From Patescibacteria group bacterium (GTDB taxonomy: Bacteria; Patescibacteriota; Microgenomatia; Levybacterales; UBA12049), in contig JBBTVD010000003.1 of NCBI GenBank assembly GCA_038063415.1, forward strand, positions 8,489-72,488: a stretch of 64,000 nucleotides of DNA. Direction: 5' to 3'. Below, in pieces: positions 56,820 through 64,000 of this stretch. The translations under genes and the position numbers were made by a program. Within the stretch, counting starts at the first letter, position 1. Each line of letters starts with the position of its first letter. A model generated the notes under the pieces. It searched no databases and was not told the DNA's origin. It saw only the letters and a program-made list of their open reading frames with translations.

Positions 56820-58334
56820 TTAATTTCTTTGGACATTAATTCTATATTTTTCAATAACCTTCTTATTCACCTTGTTATTACGTACGAAAACTGTCACAGT
56901 TCCGTCTCCATACACGGGAATCCAATCCTTACTGTCAAGCAATCGAATTAAAAATGGTCTGCTTTTTGCTTGATCCTCAAATGCTACATTGAATACAACG
57001 GCGTTTATATTGTATTTTTCAACTTGGCTATTAAAAAACTGTTCATCAGCCATCATTTTCCAGTAATCGTCAAAAAAGGATGCGGGGTATGCTTCAGGTC
57101 TTGCATCAACATACACTTCTTCTTTAGGATAAAGGGCATATACGAGATAATTACCGATAATATAATTGTTGAATATTCTTCCTTTAACATCAGCCTGTTT
57201 TATAAAAGTTGCAGCATTCTCTGTCGACGGCATGAAGCCAAAATGGAGGATCTTATAATCCACTAACCCCTTTAAATGAATGCCAACAATAAAAGCAACA
57301 CAAAGCACAACAGCGCTTTTAAGTATCTGAAGCATAGAAAGGTCAACATGGTTTTTCAGTTTTTCTTCAAGATAAGTACATGCCTGTACTAAAGGAATAA
57401 AACCGAGTAAGCCAAATAAACTGATGCATCTGGTAAACTTCAAGCCGAGGAAAGCCGCTGTTATCCCATTGCCTGTATAAAACATTTCCCGCCATTGTTT
57501 TTTAATAAAGAGAGTCAGAATAAAAAGAACAATCAATAGCTCAAAGGTAACAACCTGTAGGACTAGCGTGTAGGCAATATTACTATTAGTACTTGTCGGT
57601 TCGAATATCTTTAGTGGACTATTATTCTCTTCTACAGAAAAGCCGTAATTAGCTGAAAAGGTAAAGGGCAAGAGTGCGCCTTGTATAAAACTGGGGTTGA
57701 TTAAGGTTGAGATAACTAACAGCAAGCCAATAAGAAGGAGTTTTTTATCAAACGTTTTATGTTTTATTATGTTTTCGAGAAAGAAGAAGCCATAAATAGT
57801 AATACCAAGAATAAAGTAGATATGCATATTTACCCAAAGAATTTCTAGAACAGGTAGTAACATCAGGAGGTAGAGTTTTTTAGACTTTTTATATTTTTCA
57901 ATAAAGAAAATAAATATACCGATGAATAGATAACTAAACAGTTCTGGCAAAACTGAAAAACGCATGGAAAAAAGTGTAATGCTAACAAGTGAAAAAATAG
58001 TGACCCAAAATAGAGAACCCTTTTTTAAGGCAACAAAATAAAGAAGCGACGCTGTCGTGATGATAATTATCATTTTAAAAATGAGCAGGCCGTTTAGCCC
58101 GAATGTAGCAGTGACGAGATAAAAGATTACTTCAGCGAGCCACTCATGATTAATAATAGGAAAGTTAGGATTAGTATAAGAGAAAAGATTTGTTTGCGGT
58201 ACGCAAAAACAATTGACTACAACTTCACCTAGTTTAAGATGACGGCCTAAATCCGCGAGCATTGCTAAATCTGTTTGAAAAAGGAGGATTACTAAGTAGG
58301 AAAGGGGGATAATAGCAAAAAGCAACTTTTTCAT
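56820..58334 (-). CDS. Large polytopic membrane protein (GT-C-like or YfhO-like), hypothetical.
   Basis: It has more than 12 TM helices and a C-terminal soluble domain. Confidence 0.4.
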   Translation of the reverse strand: MKKLLFAIIPLSYLVILLFQTDLAMLADLGRHLKLGEVVVNCFCVPQTNLFSYTNPNFPIINHEWLAEVIFYLVTATFGLNGLLIFKMIIIITTASLLYFVALKKGSLFWVTIFSLVSITLFSMRFSVLPELFSYLFIGIFIFFIEKYKKSKKLYLLMLLPVLEILWVNMHIYFILGITIYGFFFLENIIKHKTFDKKLLLIGLLLVISTLINPSFIQGALLPFTFSANYGFSVEENNSPLKIFEPTSTNSNIAYTLVLQVVTFELLIVLFILTLFIKKQWREMFYTGNGITAAFLGLKFTRCISLFGLLGFIPLVQACTYLEEKLKNHVDLSMLQILKSAVVLCVAFIVGIHLKGLVDYKILHFGFMPSTENAATFIKQADVKGRIFNNYIIGNYLVYALYPKEEVYVDARPEAYPASFFDDYWKMMADEQFFNSQVEKYNINAVVFNVAFEDQAKSRPFLIRLLDSKDWIPVYGDGTVTVFVRNNKVNKKVIEKYRINVQRN

Positions 58335-58571
58335 AATATTAATTCTAGTGATAAAGATGACTATTGACAATAACTTTACTATTATGATGAACTAGATAAA
58401 ATGAAGTATTTTAAAAACTTCTTTTCATTCTTCGTAATAATTCTTGTCGCTCTCTTATTGACCCCAAAAGCGGAAGCATCGTTATTAGGTTAGTTAAAAA
58501 GACTAACGAAGGTCAAAACGGTCAAGTAAGTTTCGGTACCAGAGAAAGTGTGTCTGTTCCCCAGTTAATTG

Positions 58572-59702
58572 TCACGTATCAGCCTTAATAGCAGATAGTG
58601 TATCAACAATACACGCTTTGACTGCTTCAATTCCTTCTTCTTTTCTCACTGAGATAAAAAGTGGTGAGAACATTTTGTACCTTTCCAAAATCATTGCTTT
58701 ATTTACATCCGGGACTTTATCTGTTTTATTAAAGATATAGATTACCTCATCTGTATTTCTCCCAAGACCGCGAAGAATTTTGTTTACAACGTTAATCTTT
58801 TCATCCATTTCAGGATCTGAGATATCAATGACATGAAAAAGTACATCTGCATGAATTGATTCCATAAGGGTTGATTTAAAAGCACTGATAAGAAGCGGTG
58901 GTAGATCGCGGATAAATCCAATCGTATCCGTAATGAGTACTTCAGAATGAAGTGCTTCCAGATAGATGTTGCCAACACTGCTATCAAGGGTGGCAAATAA
59001 GACGTCTTTTTCGAGCACATTTTTCTTGGTCAAGAGGTTAAATAACGAGCTTTTTCCGGCATTGGTGTAGCCTACAATTGAGACCGTTTTGAACCCCGCT
59101 CGCTTTCGTCTTTCAAGTTGTTGCCGATGACTGATGCTAATCTTTGCTAATTGGTCAAGAATTTTCTTCTTCTCATCCCGCCAGTGGCGCTTCATCAGCT
59201 CTGTATTTGTCTCACCCACACCTATGCCTCCAATACCTCCTCCTTGTCGCGAGAGGACATAGCCCATACCGTAAATTCTGGGCCCCATATAATTCATCCT
59301 CGCAAGTTCAATTTGTAGTTTCGCTTCGGTTGTTGCGGCATGTTTGTCAAAGATTCTAAGAATCAGATCAACTCTGTCCCAGACTTGGATATCTGGCTTG
59401 GTTTTTTGTAGCTTTGTTTTGAGCGCATGCACTTGACGAGGAAGTACCATTGCATTAAGGACAACCACATCAATATCTTTTTCTTTAATTTTCTCAGCTA
59501 CTTCTTCTATTTTTCCCTTACCGATGTAGGTGACAGGATTGGGTCGATCCATTTTTTGGATAATCCGATCGGCAATGATCCCACCAAGGGTTGTAATGAG
59601 TGATTCGAGTTCCTCACCGATATTTACTGAGCTTTCTTTGTCTGCTCGCGCGTTGATCACATGAATAGGTAGCATGGTTAAGGTATGTCTTATTTCTTGC
59701 AT
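58572..59702 (-). CDS. hflX: GTPase HflX.
   Basis: It has the HflX N-domain and a G domain with VSIVGYTNAGKSSLFN, DTIGF and NKTD. Confidence 0.9.
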   Translation of the reverse strand: MQEIRHTLTMLPIHVINARADKESSVNIGEELESLITTLGGIIADRIIQKMDRPNPVTYIGKGKIEEVAEKIKEKDIDVVVLNAMVLPRQVHALKTKLQKTKPDIQVWDRVDLILRIFDKHAATTEAKLQIELARMNYMGPRIYGMGYVLSRQGGGIGGIGVGETNTELMKRHWRDEKKKILDQLAKISISHRQQLERRKRAGFKTVSIVGYTNAGKSSLFNLLTKKNVLEKDVLFATLDSSVGNIYLEALHSEVLITDTIGFIRDLPPLLISAFKSTLMESIHADVLFHVIDISDPEMDEKINVVNKILRGLGRNTDEVIYIFNKTDKVPDVNKAMILERYKMFSPLFISVRKEEGIEAVKACIVDTLSAIKADT

Positions 59703-59741
59703 GGCTTAGTCATTATACCTGATATAATTATAAACACTACT

Positions 59742-60209
59742 ATGGTACGTAAAAAATTCTCCATCGTACACAAAGACGAAGAGATGCTAGAACTTATAAG
59801 CAAAATGCATCAAAAAATACTTGCTGTTTGGGCAATTGCGTGTACTGAGCGTGTGTTGCACTATTTTGTAGAAAAATATCCTGAGGATCCTCGTCCGAGG
59901 GAAGCTATCACAGAACTCAAAGCCTGGATTATTACGGATATCTTTAAGATGGCCGTCATCCGTAAAGCATCACTTGACGCACATGCTGCTGCTCGGGAAG
60001 TAGGAGAAGACAGCCCTGCCAGATCTGCAGCACGAGCTGCGGGGCAAGCAGTAGCGACGGCACATGTCGCACGTCACGCATACGGTTCAGCAATTTATGC
60101 ACAACAAGCTATTTACCGAGCAAGTAATTCTGAAGATGCAGAAGGAGCGGCAGCAAAAGAACGTGATTGGCAATATAATAAATTAATACAATTGGGAGAA
60201 AAAAAGTGA
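59742..60209 (+). CDS. Hypothetical all-alpha Ala/Arg-rich protein, possibly related to the predicted polymorphic-toxin immunity family Imm5.
   Basis: It has a GC-rich core encoding AAAREVGEDSPARSAARAAGQAVATAHVARHAYGSAIYA. The upstream ATG at 59685 would overlap the hflX start, so 59742 is preferred. Confidence 0.35.
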   Translation: MVRKKFSIVHKDEEMLELISKMHQKILAVWAIACTERVLHYFVEKYPEDPRPREAITELKAWIITDIFKMAVIRKASLDAHAAAREVGEDSPARSAARAAGQAVATAHVARHAYGSAIYAQQAIYRASNSEDAEGAAAKERDWQYNKLIQLGEKK

Positions 60210-60219
60210 AGTGCTGTCT

Positions 60220-60657
60220 TTACTGAGCTTCGGTGTGTTTCTTAAAATTATCGAGAATTGCCTGCCAGCCACTTCTCTGTAATTCCTCTGAGTTTTCGTT
60301 TTCTGGATCAAAGGTTTCAACTACTTGTACACCTTCTGGAGTTTGCGTAAAGGCAATCTTTACATGTCTTCCATCTTCCATATCATATTCGATAAGCTCG
60401 TTTTCTATTACCGCTGTATAGACTCCAGCAAAATCAAAACTCTCACTTTTGTCCTTGGCAGCCATAGTAGTTTTGAACTTGCCACCAGTACGCAAATCAT
60501 TCTGTGCAGCTGGAGCTTCCCAGTCATCTGAAGCAAAGGCCCATTGCATAATATGCTCAGGCTTATTCCATGATTCCCACACTTTTTCTATTGGAGCTTT
60601 TACGATGGTTTCGACAGTAATTGGATTCATCTCTGTCTCTATTGTAGCATATTGCAC
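60220..60657 (-). CDS. SRPBCC-superfamily protein (AHSA1/Aha1-like).
   Basis: ITVETIVKAPIEKVWESWNKPEHIMQW matches the Aha1-domain N-terminal pattern. Confidence 0.7.
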   Translation of the reverse strand: MQYATIETEMNPITVETIVKAPIEKVWESWNKPEHIMQWAFASDDWEAPAAQNDLRTGGKFKTTMAAKDKSESFDFAGVYTAVIENELIEYDMEDGRHVKIAFTQTPEGVQVVETFDPENENSEELQRSGWQAILDNFKKHTEAQ

Positions 60658-60700
60658 TATACTATTTTTTCTGATATAGTTAACTTATAAGTTAAGTGTT

Positions 60701-61063
60701 ATGACAAAAAATACCAACCACCATGACTTAGATAGTATTTTTGAAGCTCTTGCCAGTAAGCATCGACGTGAGATTGTCTATGCTTTAGGCCTACAACCCC
60801 ATTCAGTAAGTCAACTTGCGCAGATGCGAGACCTCTCGCTCCCTGCGATTCATAAACACATTAAACTGCTTGAGGCCGCGAGCCTTGTACTGAGCAAAAA
60901 GACGGGGCGAACGAATTTCCTTACGCTCAATAAACAAACCTTACTCAAACTGCAAGACTGGCTGATGCAATATCATGCTTATTGGGGTAGTAACGACGCA
61001 ACTTTAGAAAATTATACTCAATATTTAAGCAAAAAAACGAAGGGAGGTGAAAAGAAACAATGA
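60701..61063 (+). CDS. ArsR/SmtB-family HTH transcriptional regulator.
   Basis: FEALASKHRREIVYALGLQPHSVSQLAQMRDLSLPAIHKHIKLLEAASLV matches the ArsR family. It is divergent from the SRPBCC gene. Confidence 0.7.
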   Translation: MTKNTNHHDLDSIFEALASKHRREIVYALGLQPHSVSQLAQMRDLSLPAIHKHIKLLEAASLVLSKKTGRTNFLTLNKQTLLKLQDWLMQYHAYWGSNDATLENYTQYLSKKTKGGEKKQ

Positions 61064-61389
61064 AAAAATTTATACTTATTTTTTATGGCAAAGTAAGACC
61101 TGAAGATATCAGTAAAGAAGAAATGCAAAGTACCATGGACAAATGGATGGCATGGTTTGGTACATTTAAAGATCAAATGGTCGACGGAGGTAATCCATTT
61201 GCTGTTGATGCAAAATCTATAACAGCAAAAGGTGTTGAAACAATTTCTCCAGATATGATGCCTGCTACAGGCTACACTATTATTAACGCAAAAGACATCG
61301 ATGAAGCAACAAAAATTGCGGAGGGATGTCCTGTGCTTGAAGAAGGTGGTAATGGTGCTATACGTGTCTACGAAGCAATGGCAATGTAA
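61060..61389 (+). CDS. YCII-related (Dabb-like) small protein.
   Basis: The 109-aa protein MKKFILIFYGK...GYTIINAKDIDEATKIAEGCPVLEEGG fits the YciI-like pattern. It overlaps the ArsR stop (ATGA). Confidence 0.6.
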   Translation: MKKFILIFYGKVRPEDISKEEMQSTMDKWMAWFGTFKDQMVDGGNPFAVDAKSITAKGVETISPDMMPATGYTIINAKDIDEATKIAEGCPVLEEGGNGAIRVYEAMAM

Positions 61390-61403
61390 TGACATTGTGT
61401 ATG

Positions 61404-61446
61404 GAGAGGTAGCTTCGTCATGGGGTTACCTCTTCATATTTGGTTT
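61404..61446 (+). terminator. Candidate intrinsic terminator between convergent genes.
   Basis: The hairpin GAGAGGTA-(15 nt)-TACCTCTT has an 8-bp stem including a G-U pair, and is followed by CATATTTGGTTTC. Confidence 0.3.
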
Positions 61447-61463
61447 CAAGGAAAATTTGATTC

Positions 61464-62117
61464 CTATTTCTTTTTTGCTGAGGTAGTTTTTTTTGTTTTA
61501 GTCGCTTTCTTAGGAGAAGCTTTCTTTGTTTTTGGTTCTTCCCCTTTCTCTTCTTCGGTGGCATTCGCAACAATAGCAGTAGTTGTTGGTTCAACTGGCT
61601 CTACTTCTGTTGTGGTAAGTAAATCTAAGATTTTATCCATTTTTGCATTGAGTGTCTCAAACTGTGTTTTGTAATTTGGGATTTCAACAGGCTTTGGTTG
61701 ACGATCTTCTCGGTTATAGCTTGGTTTATCAAATGTTCGTCTATCAGATGTCCCAGTATCACTTGCTCTATTTTTTTCAAAACAACGTGAACAAAAGACA
61801 TCTCGCCCTGGTCTTGGTTGGAAAGGGATTTGACACTCATTCCCGCATTGTGAACAAACTGCATCATGCATTTCCCTTTCGTCCCCATTTGATCGATCAA
61901 AATTCCTGCCTTCGGATCTACGAACATCTGAACCTCCATTATTTTGGAAACAGTCGCGACAAAAAACTGGCTTACTCCCTGTAGGTCGGAACGGTACTTC
62001 GCAGATCTTGCCACAACCAGCACAGGTTGCTTTATGCATATCTGGTCGGGGATTATTGAATCTTGGTTTAAAGTTTCGACTGCCGCCTGAATGAGTATCT
62101 CTATTTGAATAAGCCAT
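61464..62117 (-). CDS. Twin zinc-ribbon protein with a C-terminal lysine-rich histone-H1-like tail; a putative nucleic-acid-binding protein.
   Basis: It has two C-x2-C-x16-C-x2-C units (CAGCGKICEVPFRPTGSKPVFCRDCF and CSQCGNECQIPFQPRPGRDVFCSRCF). Its tail is KGEEPKTKKASPKKATKTKKTTSAKKK. Confidence 0.5.
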   Translation of the reverse strand: MAYSNRDTHSGGSRNFKPRFNNPRPDMHKATCAGCGKICEVPFRPTGSKPVFCRDCFQNNGGSDVRRSEGRNFDRSNGDEREMHDAVCSQCGNECQIPFQPRPGRDVFCSRCFEKNRASDTGTSDRRTFDKPSYNREDRQPKPVEIPNYKTQFETLNAKMDKILDLLTTTEVEPVEPTTTAIVANATEEEKGEEPKTKKASPKKATKTKKTTSAKKK

Positions 62118-62185
62118 GGCCTATATTATAACAGTTCTTGAGGAGAATAGCTCGTTTTTAGTAATATTGCTCATATAAGCTTCTT

Positions 62186-62839
62186 TTAGAGAGGTTTAAA
62201 TTTCTTCACAATTTCTATAACACCACCTATCGTGTCTACGTATTTATCAGCACCTTTTTGCACATAGCCAGCAACTAAATTCTGCTTTAACCCAATTGTA
62301 TAGGCACCGGCTGCTTTGGCTGCCGCAATTCCAGCATTCGAATCTTCTAATACCAATGTATTTTGAGGATTTGATTGCAGCGTTCTGATTGCTTCATTGT
62401 AACCATCAGGTGCAGGCTTATGGAGCAAATCTGGTCTATCAAATAATGATAGTATAAGAGAAAGATCTTCTTTAAACGATAGTCTCTCAACAACAAGATC
62501 GATCCATGCTTTAGGAGAGGCAGAAACAATGCCAAGTAAAAAACCGTACGATTTCAATACGTGAACTAGCTCATCTAATCCATCTGGTATTGGTGCCGTA
62601 GTATATATTTCGTTGGCTCGGTCATAGAAGGCATTAAGCAACGTTTCTTTGGGTATAGTGCTCCCATTCTTTGTTGCTAGCTCATAGATACCATCCATAT
62701 TGATACCAACGGTAGAGCCCATTTTGGTAATCATCTCTTTTCCAAAAAGATCCAAATAGATTGTTTCTTTTGCTTTTTCCCAAATCGATTCATCATCAAT
62801 TAAAACTCCGTCCAGGTCAAAAAGAAATACGTTGTTCAT
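62186..62839 (-). CDS. HAD-superfamily hydrolase, subfamily IA (beta-phosphoglucomutase-like).
   Basis: It has motif I FLFDLDGVLID, motif II LGIVSASP and a C-terminal EDSNAGIAAAKAAG. Confidence 0.85.
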   Translation of the reverse strand: MNNVFLFDLDGVLIDDESIWEKAKETIYLDLFGKEMITKMGSTVGINMDGIYELATKNGSTIPKETLLNAFYDRANEIYTTAPIPDGLDELVHVLKSYGFLLGIVSASPKAWIDLVVERLSFKEDLSLILSLFDRPDLLHKPAPDGYNEAIRTLQSNPQNTLVLEDSNAGIAAAKAAGAYTIGLKQNLVAGYVQKGADKYVDTIGGVIEIVKKFKPL

Positions 62840-62891
62840 AAGGTAATTATAGCAGAGCGTATCGTTAATTCATTTAGAGTATAATGCACCT

Positions 62892-63518
62892 ATGACACAA
62901 ATCTTTATTTTTGGAGCAAGCATTGTTTACGGCGTTGGCGCTGAAGAAGCTGGTTGGGCTGATCTTATCAAAAGAAACATTCATAATCGAATGTATTCCA
63001 AAAATGGCACTGGTGAAAAATTTGAAGTTTATAACTTTGGTAATCCCGATGCAAAAATCGAATTTATATTAAAAACTTTTGAGGAGCAAATAGAAAATTA
63101 TGGAAAAGATGGTAAAAAAATTGTGGTTCTTTCTATTGGGATGAATAACGCAAAAGCTGTAGGAAATCCAGATAATTATGTTACAAAAATAGATGAATAT
63201 AAAAATCAACTGAAAAAATTATTTCAGCAAATGAAATTAAAAGTTGATCACGTGTTGTGCGTTGGACTTACATCTGTTGATGAACAGAAAACAACACCAA
63301 AATCTAATGGATCGTATTTTCGAAACCAACGAATAGAACAATTTAATAGTACATTTAGAGAAGTTTGTATTGAAATGGGAATTACCTTTGTAGATATTTT
63401 ATCTGAACAACAAGTATGTGGTCAGGCTTGTCTTTACAAAGATGGTGTACACCCGAATCAAAAAGGGCATCAACTAATTTTTGAAAAAATATTTCCACAA
63501 ATAAAATCACTTCTTTGA
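62892..63518 (+). CDS. SGNH/GDSL-family hydrolase.
   Basis: It has block I IFIFGASIVYG (Ser nucleophile), block III GMNNA and block V DGVHPNQKGH. Confidence 0.75.
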   Translation: MTQIFIFGASIVYGVGAEEAGWADLIKRNIHNRMYSKNGTGEKFEVYNFGNPDAKIEFILKTFEEQIENYGKDGKKIVVLSIGMNNAKAVGNPDNYVTKIDEYKNQLKKLFQQMKLKVDHVLCVGLTSVDEQKTTPKSNGSYFRNQRIEQFNSTFREVCIEMGITFVDILSEQQVCGQACLYKDGVHPNQKGHQLIFEKIFPQIKSLL

Positions 63519-63591
63519 AATTAATCCTATTGATTTAGTTTGGACATAACTTTGTATGTTCGTGTTACAATAAAGAAATCTATAGTAACTC

Positions 63592-63942
63592 ATGATAAAA
63601 CACCGTATTTATACAATGAGTTTCGCAAGCGTTTATCCTCTGTACATCGCTAAGGCAGAAAAAAAAGGCCGCACCAAAGCAGAAGTCGACGAAATTATCC
63701 GCTGGCTGACAGGATATAGTCAGAAGGAGTTGGAGATGCAACTGGAAAAACAAACAGACATTCAGACTTTTCTCACAGAAGCTCCGAAGCTAAATCCTGC
63801 ACGGACATTAATTACCGGTGTGATTTGTGGCGTCCGAGTAGAAGACATCAAAGAGCCAACCATGCAGGAAATTCGCTACCTGGATAAATTAATCGATGAG
63901 TTAGCAAAAGGAAAACTCATGGAGAAGATTTTGCGGAAATAA
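63592..63942 (+). CDS. DUF2200-family protein.
   Basis: [34 protein letters not shown] matches DUF2200. Confidence 0.55.
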   Translation: MIKHRIYTMSFASVYPLYIAKAEKKGRTKAEVDEIIRWLTGYSQKELEMQLEKQTDIQTFLTEAPKLNPARTLITGVICGVRVEDIKEPTMQEIRYLDKLIDELAKGKLMEKILRK

Positions 63943-64000
63943 TAACTGCTCTATTTCTTCTTATTTTTACGTTTAGATTGAGAACGTTTTTGCTTTTTTC

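Noticed and set aside
1-64000. CRISPR arrays, tRNA and rRNA genes, insertion sequences, integrases and transposases.
   Set aside because: I scanned intergenic regions for regularly spaced direct repeats, tRNA T-loop-like GGTTCGAATCC contexts and transposase/integrase-like ORFs and found none. The only substantial repeat is the TrmB gene duplication.

Overview
The window is a gene-dense stretch of a bacterial chromosome with roughly 38-40% GC and about 70 protein-coding genes. No rRNA, tRNA or CRISPR array is visible. The gene content is reminiscent of small-genome Patescibacteria/CPR-like bacteria (sortase, DUF2207, many small overlapping operons), but the lineage cannot be settled from this sequence.

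The first ~9 kb read like an accessory region:
- There are three TrmB-like HTH regulator paralogs. Two are a tandem pair (268..1041 and 1770..2543) that share near-identical DNA-binding halves and diverged effector halves.
- The tandem pair flanks a RelB/DinJ-RelE/YafQ toxin-antitoxin cassette with a palindromic operator.
- The region also holds an N-formylglutamate amidohydrolase-family gene, a phosphohexomutase, and a four-gene minus-strand operon: small unknown protein, XRE-like HTH, DNPH1/Rcl-like deoxynucleotide N-glycosidase, and an out-of-frame HAD-like fragment.
- A DinD/Bro-N family gene and yvcK close this region.

The remainder is mostly envelope and housekeeping genes:
- A MacAB-like ABC efflux operon. 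A roughly 60-nt remnant of a second permease 3' end lies just downstream of it.
- A tightly coupled CDP-sugar biosynthesis/glycosylation operon (rfbF-like cytidylyltransferase, SDR epimerase/dehydratase, RmlC-like cupin, COG4091 SAF oxidoreductase, glycosyltransferase).
- lon, a sortase beside a strongly expressed 60-aa secreted Thr-rich peptide, and a two-component system with an extra receiver.
- ribH/ribE, mntH, an RND efflux pair, patatin, and a DUF433/PIN-like toxin-antitoxin pair.
- A PQQ sugar dehydrogenase and a membrane/sensor-domain-fused OtsA.
- idi, DUF2207, and a split transcobalamin-like pair (DUF4430 beta-domain protein plus alpha/alpha-toroid protein).
- Acyltransferase-3, coaBC, ung, GT-C/TPR membrane proteins, hflX, an ArsR-SRPBCC-YciI trio, and a twin zinc-ribbon protein with a histone-H1-like lysine tail.

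Several genes have consensus -10 boxes abutting their start codons, which suggests leaderless transcripts. Two genes look disrupted: the DNPH1/HAD junction at A-runs, and an in-frame TAG in an antiporter-like gene.
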